A stretch of DNA of 32,069 nucleotides from Methyloceanibacter sp. (GTDB lineage Bacteria > Pseudomonadota > Alphaproteobacteria > Rhizobiales > Methyloligellaceae). A model generated the notes under the pieces. It worked only from the letters and a program-made list of their open reading frames with translations. It searched no databases and was not told the origin of the DNA. The stretch lies in assembly GCA_049579665.1 (NCBI GenBank), contig JBAUOI010000214.1, positions 1-32,069 of the forward strand. The letters run 5' to 3'. Both the position numbers and the translations under genes were made by a program. This document shows positions 20,170-28,266 of the stretch, piece after piece (within the stretch, counting starts at the first letter, position 1; every line of letters starts with the position of its first letter).

Positions 20170-21135
20170 ATGACTACCAAGCGACAATCCAAACTGATCA
20201 TTCTCGGCTCAGGCCCCGCCGGTTACACGGCGGGCATCTACGCCGCCCGCGCCATGCTGAAGCCGCTGCTCATCACCGGCAACCAGACCGGCGGGCAGAT
20301 GACCACCACGACCGACGTCGAGAACTACCCGGGCTTCGCCGACGTGATCCAGGGCCCTTGGCTGATGGAGCAGATGCGACTTCAGGCCGAGCATGTCGGC
20401 ACTGAGATCGTCCACGACACGATCGTCGAGGTCGACCTCAAGCGGCAGCCCTTCCTGCTCAAGGGCGACAGTCACACTGAGTACACGGCGGACACGCTGA
20501 TCATCGCCACCGGCGCCAAGGCGCGCTATCTCGGGCTTGCTTCCGAGGACCGGTTCAGGGGCTATGGCGTCTCGGCCTGCGCCACCTGCGACGGCTTCTT
20601 CTATCGCGGCAAGAAGGTGATCGTGGTCGGCGGCGGCAATACCGCGGTCGAGGAGGCGATCTATCTCGCCAATATCGCCAGCGAGGTGATCCTCGTGCAT
20701 CGGCGCGGCGTGCTCCGCTCCGAGAAGATCCTGCAAGAGCGGTTGTTCGCCAACAAGAAGATCAACATCATGTGGAATTACGAGCTCGACGAGGTGACCG
20801 GCACCGACAAGCCACTTTCCGTCACCGGCGCCAATCTTAAGAGCACGCTGACCGGCGAGATCGTGCATGTGCCCGTCGACGGCATCTTTATCGCCATCGG
20901 CCATGAACCGCAAAGCGAGCTGTTTAAGGGCCAGATCGACATGAAGCCGTCCGGCTATATCCTCACCGCGCCGCACTCGACCGCAACCAATATCCCCGGC
21001 GTCTATGCCGCCGGCGACGTCGCCGACGACGTCTATCGCCAGGCGGTAACCGCGGCAGGGCTCGGCTGCATGGCCGCGCTCGAGGCCGAAAAGCACCTGG
21101 CCGGCCTCGACACGTTGGCTGTCGCCGCCGAGTAG
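20170..21135 (+). CDS. trxB: Thioredoxin-disulfide reductase
   Basis: GSGPAGYTA, GGQMTTTTDVENYPG, CATC active site, GGGNTAVEEA, HRR, AAGDV..YRQAVTAAG. Confidence 0.97.
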   Translation: MTTKRQSKLIILGSGPAGYTAGIYAARAMLKPLLITGNQTGGQMTTTTDVENYPGFADVIQGPWLMEQMRLQAEHVGTEIVHDTIVEVDLKRQPFLLKGDSHTEYTADTLIIATGAKARYLGLASEDRFRGYGVSACATCDGFFYRGKKVIVVGGGNTAVEEAIYLANIASEVILVHRRGVLRSEKILQERLFANKKINIMWNYELDEVTGTDKPLSVTGANLKSTLTGEIVHVPVDGIFIAIGHEPQSELFKGQIDMKPSGYILTAPHSTATNIPGVYAAGDVADDVYRQAVTAAGLGCMAALEAEKHLAGLDTLAVAAE

Positions 21136-21142
21136 ATCGACA

Positions 21143-21640
21143 TCACGACTTGGTCGGCCACACCATGATCGGCACTGAGCTGACCGAGTTCGCGGGCGAG
21201 CCCTCGATCAGCTTCGCGCTGATGGCGAGATAGATCAACGCGTTGCGCTTGAGGTCCGGAATTCGGTAGATGCGCGTCTTCTTGAAGAAGATGGAGGTCT
21301 TCTCGGTGAACGCCTCCTCGCGGTCGGGCAGCGTCTTGAGATCGACGTCGATCGGCCCCATCTGCCGGCAGGACACCGAGAAATTTGACGGATCCTCGTT
21401 GAGGCCGAGCGGCTGGCCCCAGCCGCCGGTCCGCGCCTGCGAGATATAACAGGTGACGCCCGGGACTTTCGGATCGTCGAACACGCTGAGGCAAACCTTG
21501 TCGCTCGGCGACAGCATCCTGAACGTGGTGCTGACGCATTCGAGATCATCGGCCTTTGCCTGGCCCGGGGCGGCCAGCAACAGCCCCGCCCCCGCCACGA
21601 GCACGCTTATCGCCTGAGCCAGTTTTCCGCTGAGCCGCAT
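21143..21640 (-). CDS. creA: CreA family periplasmic protein
   Basis: Signal peptide followed by VSTTF, FDDPKVPGVTCYIS, EDPS..SVSCRQMGPI, FFKK..R..D.KRNALIY and GSPANSVSSVP. ATG at 21640. Confidence 0.88.
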   Translation of the reverse strand: MRLSGKLAQAISVLVAGAGLLLAAPGQAKADDLECVSTTFRMLSPSDKVCLSVFDDPKVPGVTCYISQARTGGWGQPLGLNEDPSNFSVSCRQMGPIDVDLKTLPDREEAFTEKTSIFFKKTRIYRIPDLKRNALIYLAISAKLIEGSPANSVSSVPIMVWPTKS

Positions 21641-21876
21641 CCTCGTCACTCCTCTGCTCTCTCGCGCGCTATAGCTGGGGTGTGCCGCGCCCAATGCAAG
21701 CGATGCCCTCGGACCTTTGCACCATGTCGACTTGTAGGTCTTCACGCCTGCAACTCTGCAATCGTGACAAATCCAATCGATCCTCTCAATCCGCAATTAG
21801 CTCCGCAGGGTGACAATCCGTCGTCAGTTGAATTTGGGGACGTTTGGTGCCAGTCGCTTTGGGAAGGAACCCGCGA

Positions 21877-22092
21877 ATGTTGCTGATGGAGCATTGCGAG
21901 CATGGGGACACCGACGATGGGGAAATCGATGTCATTCCCCCACTCCGTTCGGTCACGATCACTTTGGACGTCAGCCCCACCGAACTCGAATTGGCGGTCG
22001 CGACCAGCGGCAAATCGCTTTGCACAGCGATGATGAACGCAATCATCGCCGCCATGGTGGTCGATACGGCGTGGCAGGACGCGCGGCTATAG
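21877..22092 (+). CDS. Hypothetical small acidic protein (71 aa)
   Basis: AAGGAA upstream of ATG 21877; fills an otherwise empty gap; no recognisable domain. Confidence 0.45.
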   Translation: MLLMEHCEHGDTDDGEIDVIPPLRSVTITLDVSPTELELAVATSGKSLCTAMMNAIIAAMVVDTAWQDARL

Positions 22093-22255
22093 GCCCGTCA
22101 GGCTTGCAATTTCCGCCTTCCGCGCTCCCATGTCAGATTGCGGCGAGAATGTGACTTCGAACGCGTTCTCGACGAAGATGCGGTGACTTCGAGGCGCCGA
22201 AACGTTAAGGTTACAGTGTCGGAACTACCCCCTGCGTAGCGTAAGAGGCCCCACC

Positions 22256-22750
22256 ATGACAGAACCTACGCCTGCAAAAGTGGCCGCGGACAAAGCACGC
22301 GCGGTCTATCGCAAGACAGCCGAGGAGTTCGAGCAGTTCACCAAAGACGCGCAGATGCCCGAAGCGGTTCGGGTGTTCGCCGAGAAGAACATCGCGCAGA
22401 GCCGTGAGATGTATGAGCGCTCGAAGGACGCGCTCGAAGCCGTGCTCGAAAGCTGGGAGAGGACGTTCGACGCGGCAGGCCAGGGCGCTGTCGCGCTCAA
22501 CCGCAAAGTCATCGACATCACGCGCCGGAATATCAATTCCAGTTTCGATTTCGCCCAGAGCCTGGTCGGCGCCAAGACGCTAGCCGAGGCCATGGAGCTG
22601 CACTCGACCTATTGGAGCAAGCAGCTCAATACGCTGCGGGCACAAGCGGAGGAAATGCGCGACCTGTCCACACGCGTGACCTCCGACGTCGTCGAGCCGG
22701 CCAAGGCGCAAGTCAAGCGCGGCATGGCCGAATTCGAAAGGACGCACTAA
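22256..22750 (+). CDS. Phasin family (PHA granule-associated) protein
   Basis: MPEAVRVFAEKNIAQSREMYE...NINSSFDFAQSLVGAKTLAEAMELHS..KQ..L..QA.E is the alphaproteobacterial phasin pattern. AGAGG RBS. Confidence 0.85.
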   Translation: MTEPTPAKVAADKARAVYRKTAEEFEQFTKDAQMPEAVRVFAEKNIAQSREMYERSKDALEAVLESWERTFDAAGQGAVALNRKVIDITRRNINSSFDFAQSLVGAKTLAEAMELHSTYWSKQLNTLRAQAEEMRDLSTRVTSDVVEPAKAQVKRGMAEFERTH

Positions 22751-22766
22751 GCGCGAAAAGAACGCA

Positions 22767-22799
22767 GAAAGGGCCGGCAACGCACCGGCCCTTTCCTTT
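22767..22799. terminator. Probable bidirectional intrinsic terminator
   Basis: 11-bp stem GAAAGGGCCGG/CCGGCCCTTTC with A-rich left and T-rich right flanks, between convergent genes. Confidence 0.75.
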
Positions 22800-22812
22800 A
22801 CCTGACGCTCGC

Positions 22813-23319
22813 CTAAGCGACGCGGAACACGGCACCCGCCACCGAGCGCGGCCGCTCGCGCACGCGCCCGCCGTCATTGCCCGATTTGACGATCCACTGA
22901 CCGCTCGCGGACCGGCCGGTGATCATGCCGACATGATGCGACCAGACCACCACCGCGCCGATCTGCGGCCCTGACGGCCGACCCCAACGCGCCCAGTTGC
23001 GGGCGAGGTTGAGTTCGGGCCCGCCGCCTTTCTGCGTCCGCATCCACCAGCCGCACCAGCGCGATGGCCTGGCGCCAACACCCGCATGGGACGTGCCACT
23101 GGCCCGCTGCGCCGTCTTATGGCCGGTCGATTTGCGGGAGGAGTAATGCCCCGTGGACTTGCGGGTATGGGCGTAGGACTTCACGGAGGCCGACCGCTGG
23201 TATTTTGCATACGACCCTTGATAGGCATCCCGGGTTCGCGCCTCGGCGGCGTCGAGCGGAAGAAGGGCGGTCACACCAAGCAGCGAGACGACCAAAATAG
23301 CAATACGCACTCCAAACAT
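22813..23319 (-). CDS. Secreted protein with a C-terminal CHAP/NlpC-like Cys-His domain
   Basis: Signal peptide (AAEA), basic low-complexity linker, then WCGWWM...ARNWARWG...GAVVVW.HHVG.I...SGN. Confidence 0.72.
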   Translation of the reverse strand: MFGVRIAILVVSLLGVTALLPLDAAEARTRDAYQGSYAKYQRSASVKSYAHTRKSTGHYSSRKSTGHKTAQRASGTSHAGVGARPSRWCGWWMRTQKGGGPELNLARNWARWGRPSGPQIGAVVVWSHHVGMITGRSASGQWIVKSGNDGGRVRERPRSVAGAVFRVA

Positions 23320-23665
23320 GATGCATGCTCCGATTTTTGCTTTGGGAGGAAGGACCGGCGAAGGTTCAAGCCAGTCCGGGGACCAGGCACGCGTTGACGC
23401 TGGCCGCGGTTAACCTATGGAAAAACAAGACGATAAATCGGCTCATACATGGCTCTGAGAGGGCCATTCAGGGGCGGCGCGGCAAGGATGTCGCAGGGCG
23501 GAATCGGGCAGAAATGAAGCCGGAAGCAGAAGCGCGGAACGCCCCCTCCCCGCCAGAAAAATGCATTAATCTAAGGCTGATAGAAGCCTGCGGGCTTGCG
23601 CCCCGGCAACCCGCGGGCCTAAGACAAAACGAGCAGGCCGCAGCGAGTGGCCCAAGAGGAGCCCC

Positions 23666-24043
23666 ATGGCAGAGACCCCGTCTTTCGAGATACCGCCCGA
23701 GCTGCGCGAGATGGCCGAGAAGAATGTCGAGCAGGCGCGCGCCGCCTACGGCCAGTTCATGGATTTCATGACCCAGGCCATGGGCGCCTGGTCGAAATCG
23801 TCAGGGGCCGGGAATATGGGCGGCTTCGGTGCCGTGCAGGAGCGAGCCGTCGGCTTCGCCAAGGAGAATGCCGAGCGCTCTTTCGCTCTGGCGAGCGAGC
23901 TTTCCCGGGCCAAGGACATGCAGGAAGTGCTGACGCTGCAGAGCCGCTATGTGCAGACGCAAATGCAGACTTTCGGCATTCAGGCGCAACAGCTCTCCTG
24001 GCTCATGGCCGACGCGCTGCGCAACATGCAGACCAAAGGCTGA
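23666..24043 (+). CDS. Phasin family protein
   Basis: FEIPPELREMAEKNVEQARAAY...NAERSFALASELSRAKDMQEVLTLQSRYVQTQM. GAGGAG RBS. Confidence 0.88.
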   Translation: MAETPSFEIPPELREMAEKNVEQARAAYGQFMDFMTQAMGAWSKSSGAGNMGGFGAVQERAVGFAKENAERSFALASELSRAKDMQEVLTLQSRYVQTQMQTFGIQAQQLSWLMADALRNMQTKG

Positions 24044-24058
24044 GGCGAAGTCGCTCCG

Positions 24059-24262
24059 CTAATTGCGTGTGACTGGGGGCGCCGCGGTTTCCGGTCTTTT
24101 GCTGACCGCGTTCGGCAACCGCCAACGCGAGCGCCTGCTCGCGGGTTTCTTGCGATAGATCGCGCTCTCCTCGGAATGAGAGCCCGGCGTCGCCCGATAG
24201 GGCATGGCGAAGCCATTAGCTGTCGCAACCGCACACGTGATGTAACCTTGCTGTTCCCTCAT
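24059..24262 (-). CDS. Small hypothetical protein, probably general-stress induced
   Basis: GGAGG 7 nt before the ATG and a perfect GGAAC-N16-CGTT promoter upstream. The reading frame of the 3' half is uncertain. Confidence 0.6.
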   Translation of the reverse strand: MREQQGYITCAVATANGFAMPYRATPGSHSEESAIYRKKPASRRSRWRLPNAVSKRPETAAPPVTRN

Positions 24263-24288
24263 GGCCGGTCCTCCGTGTTTCGATGCAG

Positions 24289-24313
24289 AACGTTTTCGCT
24301 CTGCGGAGGTTCC
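24289..24313 (-). promoter_or_regulatory. EcfG/sigmaT-type promoter GGAAC-N16-CGTT
   Basis: Minus strand GGAAC ctccgcagagcgaaaa CGTT, 26 nt upstream of ATG 24262. Confidence 0.72.
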
Positions 24314-24334
24314 CGGCGTTAGAAGCCGCGAGGC

Positions 24335-25012
24335 TCAGCTCATTGCCGCCTTGGGTTGTGTATTGTAGATCGCCGCGAGCTCGTCCAAGGCGCGAAGTGC
24401 GTCGTACAGAGCCTCCGACACTTCCTCTTCCGCGACCGCCGACGGGCGATCCTCGGCGAAGGAATAGAGGTCGAGGATCTCGAGCGCCCGCTCCATCGCG
24501 CGGACGGCGTCTTCGTTTTTTCGCACGCAGTCTTTCGCCGAACTTTCGTGCCAGTCGAGCACGCGGGCGAGCGCGTTATCCTCACCGTTGCCTTTGCGCT
24601 TGACCCGCGCGCGCAAGGCCGCTGCGCGCTCTATCGCCCGCTGCTGATTGACGATGCTCGTTTGGCGCAAGCCGATATCGTCGCGGATGGTCTGCGCGAG
24701 CACGGCGTCGATATCGAGTGTCGCCACGTCGTGCTCGGCATGGATGATCAGGCCGAGCTTCTGGGCGATGACCTCGATCGCGCTACCGTCGAAATTATCG
24801 GGCCGCGCCTGCTCGATCTCGCCGGTCGTGTCGTAGCGCTCGCGGCGCCTGGAGTCGGACAGCACATCGTGGGCCGCGGCGAGTGCATTGAAGGCCTCCG
24901 CCGATCCGCCGCGGTCTGGGTGCGAGCTTTTCGCCTTGCGCCGATAGGCCTTGCGGATCTCCTCGCGCGTGGCGGCGCGTTTGATCCCAAGCAGCTGATA
25001 CAGGTCGATCAT
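24335..25012 (-). CDS. Class C J-domain (DnaJ-domain) protein with helical C-terminal region
   Basis: DLYQLLG..ATREEIRKAYRRKAKSSHPDRGG..F...HDVLSD..RR.RYD (HPD intact). No G/F region or Zn finger. Confidence 0.85.
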   Translation of the reverse strand: MIDLYQLLGIKRAATREEIRKAYRRKAKSSHPDRGGSAEAFNALAAAHDVLSDSRRRERYDTTGEIEQARPDNFDGSAIEVIAQKLGLIIHAEHDVATLDIDAVLAQTIRDDIGLRQTSIVNQQRAIERAAALRARVKRKGNGEDNALARVLDWHESSAKDCVRKNEDAVRAMERALEILDLYSFAEDRPSAVAEEEVSEALYDALRALDELAAIYNTQPKAAMS

Positions 25013-25124
25013 CGACAGTCCCCGTTTCCCTCGTCGGCGACCAGCGCGGGGGGTAACTGTCGATGGGAGTTGTGGCCAAAATTTAGCGGGAGCCCAGCTT
25101 TTATGCCGGCGCATACAGCGCTGG

Positions 25125-25151
25125 TCATGGCCGGGGCAAGCCCGGCCATGA
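25125..25151. repeat. Single GC-rich hairpin resembling CGTC-type REP sequences of Hyphomicrobiales
   Basis: Perfect 11-bp stem TCATGGCCGGG-gcaag-CCCGGCCATGA, 25 nt past the aminotransferase stop, with no U-tract. Confidence 0.55.
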
Positions 25152-25176
25152 AACCATAGACCGCGGTTGCCAGCCC

Positions 25177-26406
25177 TTACGCGGCCTTGGCGTAATACGA
25201 CTTGAGCTGGTTCATCACCTTCTGCTTGTCGAACTCGGCGCCCATGGCAAGCATGGCGTCGGCGAAGCGGCTGGTGATTTCGGTGATCTGCTCCGGACTG
25301 AGCTGGTTGAGGATGCCGATGCGCACCTGAACCGGTTCCGACAGGGTGGGCCAGATGCCGAAGCCTTGCGCGCGGGCGCCCTGCACCAGCTCTTTTTCCT
25401 TGCCCTTGAGCTTGCCGGGCAGGTTAAGAACCACAAGGCTCGTCATATTGGAGGTGACATCGCAGCCCATCGACTCGACCGCCTGGCGCAGGGCCTTCTC
25501 ATGATAGGCGTAGTCCGACGCCTTGCGGCGGCGGCCATAGCCGAGAATGATGCGCAGCGCCTCGTGGAACGCGGCGACCGCGTAGCAGGAATGGGTCTGG
25601 TGATAGGCCGGCGCCGCGTCCTTGCCGTCGATGATGCCCCAATGCCGCGCATCGAGAATCGGGTGGTGGACATAGGTGCGGCAGCCACGCTTCTTCACCA
25701 TCTCGATCGCCTTGTCGGTGAAGCTGACCGGCGCATAGGTGAGCGGCAGCGAGAGCACACCCTTCTGCGGACACGACGCCCAGGCGACGACGCCCGGATA
25801 GTCGTCGATGCTGAAGTCGGCGACGCCGAGGCTCGACACCGCGTCGCAGATGCCCATCACACCATGCCTCAGGCAAGCATCGCTGAAGCCCTTCAGGTCG
25901 TTGATGCGGCCGGACCCCGTCTCCCAATGCGCCATGAAGGCCCACATCGGCTTGTGCTGAGCGAGCGCTTTATCGACGGTCTCACCGGTGACCGACTGGC
26001 CATGCGGCGTCTCGACCACGACCACGCTTTTCGGCTTCGGGTTCAACGAATCCGCGGCAAGCTCCTCGGCCGTCGAGGCCTTCATGCGGATGGTCAGGCT
26101 GTCGATCCCGGAAAAGGTACCGTTCGGGAAGGCCACGACCTTGTCGCCGGGCAGGATCAGCGACAGCACGCAATCGAGACCGGAGAAGCCGGTGCCGGCG
26201 ACACCGTAGGTATACACGTTCTTGGTGCCCCACAGCTCGCGCAACATCTCCTTGGCTTCGAGCATCCCGCGCAGCACGTCCTTTTGCATGTGATCGGCGA
26301 CGCCGGTCTTGGCGAAGCGCTCCAGCACGCGCGGGTCGGTGTTCCCGGGCCCGGGGCCGGCGGCAAGTGTCTCGGGGATGTCAAGCTGCGGATAGATTTT
26401 CGTCAT
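25177..26406 (-). CDS. Class V PLP-dependent aminotransferase (alanine/serine-glyoxylate or PucG-like)
   Basis: AGPGPG, GTGFSG, NGTFS, HWETGSG, DAVSSLG, PLP lysine in ASCPQKG, VRIG. Confidence 0.87.
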   Translation of the reverse strand: MTKIYPQLDIPETLAAGPGPGNTDPRVLERFAKTGVADHMQKDVLRGMLEAKEMLRELWGTKNVYTYGVAGTGFSGLDCVLSLILPGDKVVAFPNGTFSGIDSLTIRMKASTAEELAADSLNPKPKSVVVVETPHGQSVTGETVDKALAQHKPMWAFMAHWETGSGRINDLKGFSDACLRHGVMGICDAVSSLGVADFSIDDYPGVVAWASCPQKGVLSLPLTYAPVSFTDKAIEMVKKRGCRTYVHHPILDARHWGIIDGKDAAPAYHQTHSCYAVAAFHEALRIILGYGRRRKASDYAYHEKALRQAVESMGCDVTSNMTSLVVLNLPGKLKGKEKELVQGARAQGFGIWPTLSEPVQVRIGILNQLSPEQITEITSRFADAMLAMGAEFDKQKVMNQLKSYYAKAA

Positions 26407-26597
26407 GGGAACGCCCTCTAGCTCCTAACTGTCATCGCACAAAGAAACGGCACAATCGAATAACCGGCTAGGCGCCCCAAATGCAAGACCGCGCGACTCC
26501 GAATTCGCTGAAACCAATTTTGCATTTCCGTGCTTGAAGTCTTGGACAGTGCGTCGAACCCTAGGTTGAGGGCCGGTTGAAGGTTGTAGCCCTCTAC

Positions 26598-26682
26598 AAA
26601 AGAAGAAGCCCCGTACGGGGGGGTCGGGGCTTCTTCCAGTAAGTTCCCTGCGGGGGGTGATGGGAGGGAATACCATCACCGT
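26598..26682 (-). ncRNA. Candidate ~85-nt small RNA with anti-Shine-Dalgarno-like loop
   Basis: Minus strand: TAGAAT (-10) at 26693-26688, hairpin GGUGAUGG-UAUUCCCUC-CCAUCACC, linker, then an 11-bp terminator stem with a C7 loop and U-rich tail. Confidence 0.6.
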
Positions 26683-26802
26683 TTTCAATTCTACGCCGGT
26701 TACTGATAAGAGTCGGGACTTTTTTATGAAAATGGTTAAGGTTAACAGTCTCTAACAACCGGGCCGGCGTCAAAGGCCTTAGAGGGAACGCGGACAAATC
26801 CC

Positions 26803-27618
26803 ATGGTTTACAAGCATTCGCGCTGCGCAACGCTGGTTGCCGCAGTACTTTTACTGGTGACTGGCCCTGCTGCGTCCGCCCCTTGCGGCAAGAACAGTGC
26901 CGGTTTCGAGAACTGGAAACGGGTCTTCGCCAATGAGGCCCAGGGCAACGGGATCGGGCCCAAGGGGGTCGCCGCGCTGATGGCGACCAAATATTCGACC
27001 GGCACCATCGCCGCCGACCGCGGCCAACACAGCTTCAAGCTCAGCCTCGACCAATTCATGGCGAAGCGCGGCGCGAATGCGATCGCATCGCGCGGCAGAT
27101 CCATGAAGGCAGGCAACGCCGCGCTCTTCTCCTCGATCGAGAAGCGGTTCGGCGTGCCGGCTGGCCCCCTGATCGCCATCTGGGGGATGGAGACGGCGTT
27201 TGGCAGCTTCACCGGCAATCAGCCGACCATCTCCGCCGTCGCCACGCTGGCTTACGACTGCCGCAGGCCAGAATATTTCACCGACCAGCTTTATGCCGCG
27301 CTCCAGCTTGTCGATCGCGGCGTGCTCTCGAGCGCGACACGCGGCGCCATGCATGGCGAGGTCGGGCAAACGCAATTCCTGCCCAAGAGCGTCCTGCTCT
27401 ACGGCGTCGACGGCAACGGCGACGGCGTCGTCAATCTCAGCAACAAGGCCGATGCGCTCGCTTCCACCGCCAATTTCCTAAAAGGTCATGGCTGGGTGCG
27501 CGGCGCGGGCTACCAGCCCGGCGAGCCCAACTACGCCGCGATCCAAGGCTGGAACGCGGCGGGCGTCTATCAGCAGACGATTGCCATCGTTGGCAAGCGC
27601 ATCGACGGCAGCGGCTAA
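26803..27618 (+). CDS. Lytic murein transglycosylase (MltB/SLT_2 family)
   Basis: Signal peptide, AIWGMETAFG (catalytic Glu), ATLAYDCRR, GAMHGEVGQTQFLP, DGNGDG loop, STANFL..GW. Confidence 0.9.
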   Translation: MVYKHSRCATLVAAVLLLVTGPAASAPCGKNSAGFENWKRVFANEAQGNGIGPKGVAALMATKYSTGTIAADRGQHSFKLSLDQFMAKRGANAIASRGRSMKAGNAALFSSIEKRFGVPAGPLIAIWGMETAFGSFTGNQPTISAVATLAYDCRRPEYFTDQLYAALQLVDRGVLSSATRGAMHGEVGQTQFLPKSVLLYGVDGNGDGVVNLSNKADALASTANFLKGHGWVRGAGYQPGEPNYAAIQGWNAAGVYQQTIAIVGKRIDGSG

Positions 27619-27659
27619 GCTCTCGCCGCGCCCGCGAATCTGCGCTACCTGCTTTGGCC

Positions 27660-28244
27660 GTGACCGAACGCAAGGCCCCAGACACCGAAACCGACAGGCA
27701 ATCGTCGCGTAAGCTTGCCCAGGCGCTCGGCAAGCTGATCGCCCTCGTGCTCGTCGTCGTCGTCGTCATCCTGATCGAGCGCTATTGCGTGCCGAAGCCG
27801 GAACCGTTCGGCCCTAACGCCAAGATCGTCACGCTCGACGGCGACACGATCAAGGCGGGCGACGGCGCCGAGTATCGCATCTTCGGCATCGATGCGCCGG
27901 AGCTGCATCAGGATTGCACCGAGGCTAACGGCAAATCGTGGCTGTGCGGCCGCGCCGCTAAAGCCAAGCTCACCACGCTGATCAAAGGCGGCAATGTGAA
28001 TTGCGAGGCGCGCACAACGGACCGCTATGGCCGCATCGTAGCGGTATGCAGTGCCGCCGGTGTTCCCGATCTCGGCGAGGCGATGGTACGCGACGGTTAT
28101 GCCATCGATCTCGGCGGGGCCGCCGGCAACCCTTATGCGAGCGCCGAGACAGAAGCCAAAGATGCCAAGCGCGGCATCTGGCGCGGAACCTTCGACCGGC
28201 CGGCAGACTGGCGCCAGGCCAATCCGCGATCGGACGCCTATTGA
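27660..28244 (+). CDS. Thermonuclease (SNase) family protein with N-terminal membrane anchor
   Basis: Hydrophobic helix, then DGDT, RIFGIDAPE..Q.C...CG, DRYGRIVAVC, MVRDGYA, AKRGIW.G.F..P..WR. Confidence 0.9.
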   Translation: MTERKAPDTETDRQSSRKLAQALGKLIALVLVVVVVILIERYCVPKPEPFGPNAKIVTLDGDTIKAGDGAEYRIFGIDAPELHQDCTEANGKSWLCGRAAKAKLTTLIKGGNVNCEARTTDRYGRIVAVCSAAGVPDLGEAMVRDGYAIDLGGAAGNPYASAETEAKDAKRGIWRGTFDRPADWRQANPRSDAY

Positions 28245-28266
28245 GCGACATTCGGAGGAAATCGAG

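Noticed and set aside
21641..21796. Long N-terminal extension of CreA in the ORF track
   Set aside because: The signal peptide and RBS fit ATG 21640; the extension is likely promoter DNA.
22100..23665. PhaR operator sites upstream of the phasins
   Set aside because: I could not find a convincing repeated TGC-rich PhaR-type motif by eye.
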